Shown here piece after piece: positions 1-9,145 of a DNA stretch of 64,000 nt (position 1 is its first letter; every line of letters begins with the position of its first letter). The position numbers were made by a program, and so were the translations under genes. Source of the DNA: Candidatus Omnitrophota bacterium (GTDB taxonomy: Bacteria; Omnitrophota; Gorgyraeia; Zapsychrales; Zapsychraceae). A model generated the notes under the pieces. It ran no database searches, was not told the DNA's origin, and worked only from the letters and a program-made list of their open reading frames with translations. The DNA is taken from positions 64,553 to 128,552 of the forward strand of contig JAHFGL010000002.1 in assembly GCA_023247445.1 (NCBI GenBank), read 5' to 3'.

Positions 1-72
1 GACAATAAATTCGACTCTTGAGACAAGAGAACCCCACTTAACTATTTGAAAATTTATTCTTAAATTATTCTC

Positions 73-897
73 ATGAGCATATTTACAGCTCTAAACTTAG
101 AACGTGAACCATTCTCAACAAGCCCGGATCCTTCCTTTTTTTACCACTCCAAGGAACATTACACAGCCCTTAATCGATTAGAAATTGCGATTCGCTTAAA
201 GCGAGGATTAAGTCTTGTCTTAGGTGATGTGGGGACAGGAAAAACAACACTGTCACGGGCTTTGTTCCAATCCTTTGCGGGCGAGGAAAAAGATTATATT
301 TTTCATATGATTTTGACCCCTTCTTTTAAATCGGAATATCAATTTCTGGCGCATTTAACAAAATTGTTTGGCATTAGTCCATTTTTTCGATCCGTTATCG
401 ATCATCGCGAGGCTATTGAAAAATATTTGTTTACCAAATGTGTTGAGGAACAAAAGACCGTCGTGCTTTTAATTGATGAAGGGCAGAAATTAACATTGCC
501 TCAATTAGAGATTTTACGGACACTGCTCAACTATGAAACGAACGAATATAAATTATTACAGCTGGTGATTCTTGGACAGATGGAGCTTCTGCCACGCATT
601 AAAAATATCAGAAACTTCATGGATAGAATTAGTTTTAAATATATCCTTAACCCGTTGGATGAATATGAAACGGGGCAAATGATCGAGTTTAGGTTAAGGC
701 AAGCCGGCTATAACGCTGATAAAAAACTTTTTACGTTTGAAGCTGTCAGAAAAATTCACCAATCGACCCAAGGATACCCTCGTCAGATATCGCGTATTTG
801 TCATAATGTCATTGAGTATCTAATTAGTGAAAATGGTGAAGTGGTCACCGCTGAAATCATTGATCAAATCATTACTCGTGAAAAGATATGGAATTAG
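73..897 (+). CDS. ExeA/GspA/MshM-like AAA+ ATPase (secretion/pilus accessory ATPase)
   Basis: Walker A GDVGTGKTT, and overall ExeA-like N-terminal ATPase domain; sits upstream of a PilP/GspC-like gene and a secretin. Confidence 0.7.
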   Translation: MSIFTALNLEREPFSTSPDPSFFYHSKEHYTALNRLEIAIRLKRGLSLVLGDVGTGKTTLSRALFQSFAGEEKDYIFHMILTPSFKSEYQFLAHLTKLFGISPFFRSVIDHREAIEKYLFTKCVEEQKTVVLLIDEGQKLTLPQLEILRTLLNYETNEYKLLQLVILGQMELLPRIKNIRNFMDRISFKYILNPLDEYETGQMIEFRLRQAGYNADKKLFTFEAVRKIHQSTQGYPRQISRICHNVIEYLISENGEVVTAEIIDQIITREKIWN

Positions 898-900
898 GCC

Positions 901-1515
901 ATGGACACTCCTTTGACATCGGAAGAAAAATTATTAAAGCTTATTCGTAAGAAAAATAATTTAGCGGTGAATAAGGAAGTTGGCAAAAATCAGAAGGTCA
1001 GCGGGCCTCGATTAACGTTTTCGTTTGGCAAAGGTTTTCATGTTGATATTTTAAGTCTTGTTAATGGTTTATTGCTTCTTGCTGCTTTAGGGGTTTTATC
1101 ATTCTTAATAGGTAAGTTTTTTATATTTAATAATAAACCAATGATTATAACTGAAGAGCAGGTAGAATCTCCTGTTAAGAAAAATACAGAGGCCCAACCT
1201 TTAACTAAATCTTCTGCTGATTTTGACACTTATAAAAATCAAATTGGACAACGAGATATTTTTCAGCTTCCTTGGGAGCGGGAAGTAATCCCGGAAACGG
1301 CTGATACTAACTTGACGCAAGATCTTAGCCAGCAAATCAAGGTCATAGGAATTCTTTTGGATAATGATCCCAAGGCGATAGTTGAAGATATTACGGGCCA
1401 ACAGACTTTGTTTATGTCCAAGGGAGAGCATATTGGTAATGCTGTTTTAGAGGACATACAGGAAGATAAAGTAATTTTCATGTATAACAATAAAAAGGTT
1501 GAACTAGCTCCGTAA
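901..1515 (+). CDS. PilP/GspC-like membrane-anchored periplasmic protein
   Basis: single N-proximal hydrophobic helix, C-terminal beta-domain pattern (KVIGILLD..GQQTLFMSKGEHIGNAVLEDIQEDKVIFMY..KVEL) typical of PilP/GspC HR domains; located between ExeA-like ATPase and secretin. Confidence 0.45.
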   Translation: MDTPLTSEEKLLKLIRKKNNLAVNKEVGKNQKVSGPRLTFSFGKGFHVDILSLVNGLLLLAALGVLSFLIGKFFIFNNKPMIITEEQVESPVKKNTEAQPLTKSSADFDTYKNQIGQRDIFQLPWEREVIPETADTNLTQDLSQQIKVIGILLDNDPKAIVEDITGQQTLFMSKGEHIGNAVLEDIQEDKVIFMYNNKKVELAP

Positions 1516-1806
1516 ACCCGGATTTTGCAATAGCAAAATCCGCATTGACTTTCCTTAAATTTTTCATTGTAGTCAATACTGCACTGGTTATTTCTGGTAG
1601 AAAAAGTCAATGCAGTACTGATTACAAAAGTTAACGTTAAGGAAAACCAGTGCCGCCCAAAGGGCCGACAAAGTTGATATCGTCGGAGATATCGACAACT
1701 TTGGCGGGGTAATTCCATAATTTTGAACGCACATTTTTGTACATAAATTATGTGTGCGTGCAAAATTTGGGATAAAATACATTTTCTTTTAAAAAGGTTA
1801 TTCGTT

Positions 1807-3624
1807 ATGAGACAACGACAGCAAAAATTTTTGATTTTTATTTTAATGATGACAGCGATGCTTGTTTCGCCCATTCGTATAGCTTTCGCTCAAGTAAATG
1901 ATGCTCTATCATTGGATGGGATTAGTATTAGCCCAGAAGATATGCAAAAAGTTTGGGGATCACTAGATGCCGTTAGCGATCCCAATATTCGTGAAATGCT
2001 TCGATTAAAGTTAGAAGGAAAAACAGTTGCTGATATTGCTGCGCAGATGGGAGTCAGTGAGGAGGAAGTTGGCCGTTCGCTTATGACAGGAGCAATGATT
2101 CTTAAAAATGTAATCAATGTACAAGGTGGGGCCCAACCAACAGAAGAATTAACTTCTGAGACAATATCAGATAATTATTCAGCAGGTCCAGAAGGGAATG
2201 CCAAAGTTGTCGCTCATGGAAATACTAAGTCACGGCTTTTGGATGTCCTTGATTTAAAGAATATGGATATTCTCGATGTTCTTAAATTGATCTCACAGAA
2301 AACAGGGCTCAACATTGTGGCTAGTCAAAATGTTAAAGGCCGAATTACGGTTTATCTGAAAAATATCGACGTTTTAGAAGCTTTAAAGATTATTGTTAAT
2401 TCTTATGCGTGGGCTTATGGGAAAGAAGGCGAAACTGTCATGGTTATGACGGATAAAGAATTTCAGGACAAATATGGTTATAAATTTGGAGAAGATTTTG
2501 AGACACGGATAAAAAAGTTGATTTATGCCAGCGCCACCGATGCCTTGGCAATTTTAAATCAGGTAAAATCTAATTCCGGTAAGATCATTGCTGAGGAGAA
2601 ATCAAACACACTTATTTTAATGGACACGGTTGTGAAGCTTGATGAAATGGAAAATATTTTGAAACAAATTGATGTGGCCACTCAAACCCAGGTTTTTAAT
2701 TTAAGTTATGCGAAAGCAGAAGATATTTCGACGAAGATTACGGAAATTCTAACGCCCAATATTGGGAAGATGAAATTTGATGAGCGTTCTAATCGCGTCG
2801 TTGTCTCGGATACACCGCGTAAAATAGAAGAGATTAAGAAGTTTGTTGATGCCTTTGATCAACAACATAAAGAAGTTCTTATTGAGGCAAAAATTATTCA
2901 GATCACACTCGATGATACGCATAAAATGGGCGTTAATTGGGAAACTGTAGTTGCTAATTATCATAATTTGGATTTAACTTCTAATTTTGATATTCTAAGT
3001 ACAACAGATAAAAGAGGCAAGATAACGGTTGGAACAATTGCTGACGACAGATATATCGCTACCATTGAAGCGCTCGATACGGTTGGAACCACCGATATTC
3101 TCTCTAGCCCACGTATTACTACCGTCAATAATAAAGAGGCGAAGATTTTGGTTGGTTCAACAGAGCCTTATGTGACGACAACAACAACGACGCCAGCAAC
3201 TGGGCCAACAACAACAGCAGAGAGTGTTAATTTTATTGAAGTGGGTGTAAAATTATTTGTTACTCCAACAATTCATAATGATGATTACATTACGATGAAG
3301 ATTAGACCTGAAGTAAGTTCGGTTGTTAGAAGTTTAACGACGAGTAATAATAACAGCATTCCTATTGTTGAAACGTCCCAAGCGGAAACAACCGTGATGG
3401 TTAAAGATGGGGCGACTATTGTTATCGGTGGGTTGATGAAAGAATCAAAAACTAAATCGGTTAAGAAAGTTCCCCTGTTGGGTGATATTCCTTGGCTGGG
3501 AGGAGCATTTAAGAGTACCAATGATTCGGTGCAGAAGACCGAAATAGTTATCTTTTTATCTCCTCGGATTGTCACCGGAGACATCCAAGGAAATACTCCA
3601 GTAACCACTTCGTTAGCCAAATAG
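1807..3624 (+). CDS. secretin (GspD/MshL/PilQ family) with N-terminal sigma-70 region-4-like segment
   Basis: signal peptide MRQRQQKFLIFILMMTAMLVSPIRIAFA; N0-like domain; C-terminal secretin signature VKDGATIVIGGLMKESKTKSVKKVPLLGDIPWLGGAFKS..EIVIFLSPRIV; ORF track starts at 1750 but ATG at 1807 precedes the signal peptide. Confidence 0.8.
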   Translation: MRQRQQKFLIFILMMTAMLVSPIRIAFAQVNDALSLDGISISPEDMQKVWGSLDAVSDPNIREMLRLKLEGKTVADIAAQMGVSEEEVGRSLMTGAMILKNVINVQGGAQPTEELTSETISDNYSAGPEGNAKVVAHGNTKSRLLDVLDLKNMDILDVLKLISQKTGLNIVASQNVKGRITVYLKNIDVLEALKIIVNSYAWAYGKEGETVMVMTDKEFQDKYGYKFGEDFETRIKKLIYASATDALAILNQVKSNSGKIIAEEKSNTLILMDTVVKLDEMENILKQIDVATQTQVFNLSYAKAEDISTKITEILTPNIGKMKFDERSNRVVVSDTPRKIEEIKKFVDAFDQQHKEVLIEAKIIQITLDDTHKMGVNWETVVANYHNLDLTSNFDILSTTDKRGKITVGTIADDRYIATIEALDTVGTTDILSSPRITTVNNKEAKILVGSTEPYVTTTTTTPATGPTTTAESVNFIEVGVKLFVTPTIHNDDYITMKIRPEVSSVVRSLTTSNNNSIPIVETSQAETTVMVKDGATIVIGGLMKESKTKSVKKVPLLGDIPWLGGAFKSTNDSVQKTEIVIFLSPRIVTGDIQGNTPVTTSLAK

Positions 3625-3628
3625 ATTT

Positions 3629-4915
3629 ATGAAATTTTATACGGATCTGCATCTTCATTCGCATTACTCGCGTGCCACCAGTAAAGATTCAGACCTAGAG
3701 CACTTGTGGCTTTGGGCACAGCTCAAAGGTATTGATGTGCTTGGAACGGGAGATTTTGTCCATCCCGGTTGGTTGGATGAATTAAAGAAGAAATTGGAAC
3801 CCGCCGAAGAAGGGTTGTTTAAATTAAAATCGCAATTCGTCAAGACAATAGAAGGTGAGGTTCCCAAAGCTTGCCAGGGACAAGTTCGTTTTTTACTTTC
3901 TGTTGAGATATCAAATATTTATAAACGATTAGATAAGGTTAGAAAAGTTCATAATCTTATTTTTACGCCAAGCTTTGATGCGGCGGATAAACTTCAGAAA
4001 AGATTAGAGGCCATTGGCAATATCCGTTCAGATGGCCGTCCAATTTTGGGACTCGATTCGCGCAATCTTCTGGAAATTGTTTTAGAAACAGATCCTTCGG
4101 CGTATCTTATCCCGGCACACATTTGGACACCGTGGTTCTCGGCTCTGGGGTCTAAAGGCGGATTCGATCGAATGGAAGATTGTTTTGCTGATTTAACGAA
4201 ACACATTTTTGCCGTTGAAACAGGGCTTTCATCAGATCCACTGATGAATTGGCGACTCTCTCAACTTGATCCCTATGTGCTTGTTTCAAATTCTGATGCA
4301 CATTCGCCCGGAAAATTAGCACGAGAAGCAACGATGTTTGATACAGATCTTTCTTATCAAGGAATCTATCGCGCGTTGTCGGATAAGAAAGACAAGGGAC
4401 TTGTGGGAACGATTGAATTTTTTCCAGAAGAAGGAAAATATCATTATGATGGCCATCGCGATTGTAAGACACGTCTTCATCCCCAGGAGACCATTAAGAA
4501 TAAGGGACTGTGTCCAGTGTGTAAAAAATCCGTCACGGTGGGGGTCATGGCGCGTGTTGAAGAACTAGCGGATCATCCAGAAGGACGAAAATCTCCTCGG
4601 GCAAGACCGTATTTTAATTTAGTTCCTTTGCCTGAGATCGTTGCTGAATCAAAAGGAGTTGGAGCGGCTTCCAAAGTAGTTAATGAAATTTATGGACAGA
4701 TGTTAGCCAAATTAGGTAATGAACTTTATATCTTGCGCGAGGCCCCACTTAAAGATATAGAGGGTGTGGCTGGTGATTTAGTTGCGCAAGGCATTGATCA
4801 TGTCCGTCAAGGAAAAGTGAATATTGCCGCCGGATATGATGGGGAGTATGGGAAGGTTCATCTTTTTTCTGATGAGGATAGGACAGCAAAAGAAGGACAG
4901 CTGACACTATTTTAA
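3629..4915 (+). CDS. PHP-domain protein, TIGR00375/EndoQ-like putative nuclease with Cys-rich zinc finger
   Basis: N-terminal PHP motif DLHLHSHYSRATS..GTGDFVHP; later H/C cluster HYDGHRDC..CPVCKK; starts 4 nt after secretin stop. Confidence 0.65.
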   Translation: MKFYTDLHLHSHYSRATSKDSDLEHLWLWAQLKGIDVLGTGDFVHPGWLDELKKKLEPAEEGLFKLKSQFVKTIEGEVPKACQGQVRFLLSVEISNIYKRLDKVRKVHNLIFTPSFDAADKLQKRLEAIGNIRSDGRPILGLDSRNLLEIVLETDPSAYLIPAHIWTPWFSALGSKGGFDRMEDCFADLTKHIFAVETGLSSDPLMNWRLSQLDPYVLVSNSDAHSPGKLAREATMFDTDLSYQGIYRALSDKKDKGLVGTIEFFPEEGKYHYDGHRDCKTRLHPQETIKNKGLCPVCKKSVTVGVMARVEELADHPEGRKSPRARPYFNLVPLPEIVAESKGVGAASKVVNEIYGQMLAKLGNELYILREAPLKDIEGVAGDLVAQGIDHVRQGKVNIAAGYDGEYGKVHLFSDEDRTAKEGQLTLF

Positions 4916-5043
4916 AACCCTAAATCCTAAACTCAAAACTCTAAATAAATTTCAAACATAAAATTAAAAAGTTAAAACCGTTTTAAGTTTTGTATTTTAA
5001 GTTTAAATTTTATTTAGAGTTTTGGATTTAGAGTTTAGAATTT
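4916..5043. repeat. 128-nt intergenic palindromic element built from YCCTAAA heptads (arms ~35 nt) around a ttaaaaccgttttaa core
   Basis: left arm aaccctaaatcctaaactcaaaactctaaataaat is near-reverse-complement of right arm atttagagttttggatttagagtttagaattt. Confidence 0.7.
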
Positions 5044-5052
5044 ATATCAAAA

Positions 5053-6564
5053 ATGATTAATAAAATTCCAAAAGATGTTAATGAATCTCAATGGCAAGCG
5101 ATTTGTCACGATGGCAGTCACTTGCTCATTGTTGCGGGTCCAGGAACGGGCAAAACGCATACCTTGACTTACCGAATTGCTCGTCTAGCCGAGCAGCTTA
5201 ATGTTGGGCAGCGCATTTTATCGATTACGTTTACGAATAAGGCCACTGAGGAAATGCAAAAGCGTTTAGAAAAGAAATTTCCTGGTATCGAAAGTCGTGT
5301 TTGTGTCACCACATTCCATGGATTTTGTTTACAGTTATTAAGGGATCATGCTGATTTGAATCATTTGCCAAAAGATTTTAAGGTGGCAACGCCGGAAGAG
5401 ATTGATCTGTTAATTAAAGAATTGTGGATGGATAAGAGTGCCGGTGAGCGTAAAAATATCCTTAATGATATTTCTCGATATAAAGCCTTGGTGACAAAAG
5501 ATAGCGGCGTTTGTTTGGATCAATATAATTCTTTTTTAAGAGCGCGCGGATTTATAGATTTTGATGATTTATTGACGCAGGCCCTGAATCTTCTTCAGCA
5601 TAATGAAGAGACTCTAAAACAAACTCAGTTGAGCTATCCTTTTATTTTTGTCGATGAGTATCAAGATATTAATCCGATACAGCATGAGTTGTTAAAGATT
5701 TTAGTTACAGATAATGTTCATATAACGGCTATTGGTGATCCAAATCAGGCCATTTATGGCTTTCGTGGATCGGATGTTCGCTTCTTTGAAAGTTTTGTCA
5801 AAGATTTTCCTCAAGCACAGAAATATTTTCTTTCTGAGAATTATCGTTCAACGGCAAATTTGCTCGAGGCTTCAACACAGGTAATCAGTAAAAATAATTT
5901 TGGTGTTCCTGCTTTAACCGCGCATCTTTATGATCAAGGTCAGCTAACAATTTATGAGGCTTCGACGGATAAGGCTGAAGCGGAATATGTTGTTCATCAA
6001 ATTGAGAAAATGGTTGGCGGCACGAGCATGTTTTCACAAGATTCTAATCGCGTGACCAATGATCAAAAAGCTGATTATAGTTTTGGCGATATCGTTATCC
6101 TTTATCGATTAAACGCGCTACGAAATATTTTGGAAAAAGCATTTTTACGTAGCGGCATTCCTTTTCAGGTCTCTGGCAACAAGCCACACGCGTGTGATGA
6201 TCCTTTTGTTCGCCAAGCCGAGAAGGTAAATTTGATGACTATCCATGCTGCGAAAGGGCTTGAGTTCCCCGTTGTTTTTATGATTGGTTGCGAAGAACAT
6301 CTTTTACCACTTTGTCTTCCCGGATTAGAATCGGATCATGAAGAAGAACGACGGTTGTTTTATGTTGGGATGACGCGGGCCAAAGAAAAATTATATTTTA
6401 CGCGAGCGCAGCGGCGAGCTCTATTTGGCAAGATTTCGCATCCTGCTCCATCAATATATTTAGAAGATATTAAAGAAGAATTAAAGCAATATGAAAAACA
6501 AGAACATCATTCTAAATTTAATTCTGCTAAGAATGAGGCAATTCAATTAACGCTTTTTAAATAA
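5053..6564 (+). CDS. compact UvrD/Rep-family DNA helicase (503 aa)
   Basis: Walker A AGPGTGKTHT, motifs DEYQDINP, GDPNQAIYGFRG, NYRST, TIHAAKGLEFPVVF, YVGMTRAKEKL. Confidence 0.8.
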   Translation: MINKIPKDVNESQWQAICHDGSHLLIVAGPGTGKTHTLTYRIARLAEQLNVGQRILSITFTNKATEEMQKRLEKKFPGIESRVCVTTFHGFCLQLLRDHADLNHLPKDFKVATPEEIDLLIKELWMDKSAGERKNILNDISRYKALVTKDSGVCLDQYNSFLRARGFIDFDDLLTQALNLLQHNEETLKQTQLSYPFIFVDEYQDINPIQHELLKILVTDNVHITAIGDPNQAIYGFRGSDVRFFESFVKDFPQAQKYFLSENYRSTANLLEASTQVISKNNFGVPALTAHLYDQGQLTIYEASTDKAEAEYVVHQIEKMVGGTSMFSQDSNRVTNDQKADYSFGDIVILYRLNALRNILEKAFLRSGIPFQVSGNKPHACDDPFVRQAEKVNLMTIHAAKGLEFPVVFMIGCEEHLLPLCLPGLESDHEEERRLFYVGMTRAKEKLYFTRAQRRALFGKISHPAPSIYLEDIKEELKQYEKQEHHSKFNSAKNEAIQLTLFK

Positions 6565-6589
6565 ATATTTCTTTAAAAGGAGAATATCA

Positions 6590-6991
6590 ATGACGGCTAG
6601 AGACATTATGACCACCCAAGTTTTAACGGCGCTACCAACAACAACGGTTAAAGAAGCGATGAATCTTTTGGTAGAAGTTGAAATAAGTGGTTTAATTGTG
6701 ACTGATGCAGAAAATAATATTATGGGAGTTGTTACGGAGCGCGATTTACTTGTGGCTTTTGATTTCCTTGGTCATATTAAGGCTCCGATTGCAGATTTTA
6801 TGCATAAAGGGGCTATTAGTGTTCAGGAAGATACGAGTTTAACGGAGGTTAGTCAGCTTTTGGTTCAAGGCGATGTGCGGCGAGTTCCCGTTGTCCGTGA
6901 TACCAAGGTCATTGGTGTTGTCAGCCGTCGAGATATCTTGCGCTATATCTTAAGGCAGAATAAACAAATGGATGAGATGGGTTTGAAATAG
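6590..6991 (+). CDS. CBS-domain pair protein
   Basis: two CBS-like repeats (ARDIMTTQVLTALPTTTVKEA... / ISVQEDTSLTEVSQLLVQGDVRRVPVV); good SD aaaaggag upstream. Confidence 0.65.
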   Translation: MTARDIMTTQVLTALPTTTVKEAMNLLVEVEISGLIVTDAENNIMGVVTERDLLVAFDFLGHIKAPIADFMHKGAISVQEDTSLTEVSQLLVQGDVRRVPVVRDTKVIGVVSRRDILRYILRQNKQMDEMGLK

Positions 6992-6995
6992 TTGT

Positions 6996-7532
6996 ATGCG
7001 TAAACTTTCCCATGAAGAGATTGTTGGTAGACAAGTTGCACAATTAAAACAAGGGCAGATTCCTTTTTCGGTTATTCTAAATAATGTTCGCAGTCTTTAT
7101 AACGTGGGATCAATCTTTAGAACAAGCGATGGCGCGGGGGTTGAAAAGATTTGGTTGTGTGGGATTACAGGATATCCACCTAATAATCAAATTTCTAAGA
7201 CGGCGTTAGGAGCCGAGGCGCGCGTCCCATGGGAATATCGTTCGGATATTGTTTCAGTTATCAAAGAGCTTAAGGCAAAAAATTATCAACTGGTATTACT
7301 TGAACAAATGCAAAATAGCATCGCGTATCAACAGTTTACTCCTAAGGGCCCTGTGTGTTTAATTCTCGGGAACGAAATTGATGGTGTTTCAAATCAAGTC
7401 GTGAACCATTGCGATAAAGCCATTGAGATCGAGATGGCGGGCGTAAAAAATTCGTTAAATGTAGCGGTTGCCTTCGGCGTTGTTGCGTATCATCTACGTC
7501 ATTGTTTTAAAGCGGCAATGACAAAAGGTTAA
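6996..7532 (+). CDS. TrmH/SpoU-family RNA 2'-O-methyltransferase
   Basis: SpoU methylase motifs VILNNVRSLYNVGSIFRTSDGAGV ... LILGNEIDGVS ... NSLNVAVAFGVV. Confidence 0.75.
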   Translation: MRKLSHEEIVGRQVAQLKQGQIPFSVILNNVRSLYNVGSIFRTSDGAGVEKIWLCGITGYPPNNQISKTALGAEARVPWEYRSDIVSVIKELKAKNYQLVLLEQMQNSIAYQQFTPKGPVCLILGNEIDGVSNQVVNHCDKAIEIEMAGVKNSLNVAVAFGVVAYHLRHCFKAAMTKG

Positions 7533-7534
7533 CT

Positions 7535-9124
7535 ATGATTAGAATTATTTTTCTTTTATCGGTTCTTATTACGACAGCCATTATGAGCATTATTTCTTTC
7601 TTTTATCCGCCCATTTGGTGGTTAATGCTTTTTTTTGGTCCGTTATTTTTAATTGGTTTTTTGGATATGCTTCAAACAAAGCATGCGATAAAAAGAAATT
7701 TTCCTTTGCTTGGGAATTTTCGTTATCTTTTGGAACTTATCCGTCCAGAAATCAATCAATATTTTGTTGAATCAAATACCTCGGGAACACCTTTTAGCCG
7801 TGATGAACGCTCCGTTGTTTATCAGCGTGCCAAGGGCGAACTTGATACAATTCCTTTTGGAACACAGAAAAATGTTTATGAGGTTGGTTATGTATGGGTT
7901 AATCATTCGATCATGCCGACAAAAGCTGATCCGGAAAAAATGCGCGTCATTGTCGGTGGACCGGATTGTAAAAAGCCTTACAGTGCAAGTATCCTCAATA
8001 TTGGGGCGATGAGTTTTGGGGCGCTGAGCAGCAATGCGGTTTTAGCGCTTAACGAAGGGGCACGATTGGATAATTTTGCGCATAATACTGGTGAAGGCGG
8101 TTTAAGTAAATATCATTTAGCCGGCGGTGGGGATATCATTTGGCAGATTGGAACAGGTTATTTTGGTTGCCGCACGAAAGATGGCAAATTTGATCCAGGA
8201 CAATTTCAGGAAAAGTCGCAGCATCCCCATGTGAAGATGATTGAAATAAAATTGTCGCAAGGGGCCAAGCCCGGTGGTGGAGGAATTTTGCCAGCCGCTA
8301 AAGTTAGTCGAGAAATCTCCCAGGCGCGTGGCGTGCCCATGGGGCAAGATGTTCTTTCACCATCACGGCATTCTTCATTTGATTCACCCATTGGCCTTCT
8401 TGAATTTGTCGCCAAATTACGTGATTTATCCGGTGGCAAACCGGTTGGATTTAAATTATGTATTGGGAAGCGTCGAGAATTTTTAGCGATCGTTAAAGCG
8501 ATGTTAAAAACAGGGATTACACCTGATTTTATTGCCGTTGATGGAAGTGAAGGAGGAACGGGGGCGGCGCCACTGGAATTTACAAACTATTTAGGATGTC
8601 CACTCATGGAAGGACTGATGTTTGTGCAGAATTCTTTGAAAGGAGCTTCGCTGCGTCCCAAAATTAAAATTTTTGCCAGTGGCAAAGTGACCACAGGGTT
8701 TGGGATGATTCATCGCTTGGCCGTCGGGGCCGATGTGATTTATTCCGCTCGCGGAATGATGATGGCTTTGGGTTGTATTCAAGCGCTTAAATGTAACACC
8801 AATGAATGTCCGGTCGGTGTGACAACACAAGATCCAGGACTTGTGGTGGGACTTGTTGTCCCAGAGAAAAATAAACGGATTGCCTCGTATCACCGGCAGA
8901 CCGTTAAAAGTTTAAGTCAATTAATTGGAGCGATGGGATTAGAACATTCCAGTGAGCTTAGGCCATGGCATATTATGAAGAGGGTGAGCTCTTCTGAGAT
9001 TCGAAACTATGCTGAAATTTATGAATTTTTAAAAGACGGAGAACTTCTTTCTAATCCACCGGCTTCTTTTCGCCGGGCTTGGGATTTAGCCAGAGAAGAA
9101 AGCTTTGCGCACGAGGGTGATTAG
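7535..9124 (+). CDS. FMN-binding glutamate synthase (GltB domain-2) family protein with N-terminal TM helices
   Basis: MSFGALSSNAVLALNEGA..NTGEGG.. and IKLSQGAKPGGGG, DGSEGGTGAAP, CNTNECPVGVTTQD motifs. Confidence 0.8.
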   Translation: MIRIIFLLSVLITTAIMSIISFFYPPIWWLMLFFGPLFLIGFLDMLQTKHAIKRNFPLLGNFRYLLELIRPEINQYFVESNTSGTPFSRDERSVVYQRAKGELDTIPFGTQKNVYEVGYVWVNHSIMPTKADPEKMRVIVGGPDCKKPYSASILNIGAMSFGALSSNAVLALNEGARLDNFAHNTGEGGLSKYHLAGGGDIIWQIGTGYFGCRTKDGKFDPGQFQEKSQHPHVKMIEIKLSQGAKPGGGGILPAAKVSREISQARGVPMGQDVLSPSRHSSFDSPIGLLEFVAKLRDLSGGKPVGFKLCIGKRREFLAIVKAMLKTGITPDFIAVDGSEGGTGAAPLEFTNYLGCPLMEGLMFVQNSLKGASLRPKIKIFASGKVTTGFGMIHRLAVGADVIYSARGMMMALGCIQALKCNTNECPVGVTTQDPGLVVGLVVPEKNKRIASYHRQTVKSLSQLIGAMGLEHSSELRPWHIMKRVSSSEIRNYAEIYEFLKDGELLSNPPASFRRAWDLAREESFAHEGD

Positions 9125-9145
9125 GCCAATAAAAAAGGAACCAAT

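Noticed and set aside
1263-1874. 203-aa minus-strand ORF
   Set aside because: Overlaps the + strand PilP/GspC-like gene and the hairpin-rich intergenic region. Cys/Ile-rich low-complexity translation with no recognisable domain, so judged a spurious antisense ORF.
7710-8012. 100-aa + strand ORF inside the GltB-like gene (alternate frame)
   Set aside because: Entirely nested in another frame of a well-supported gene. No motif support.
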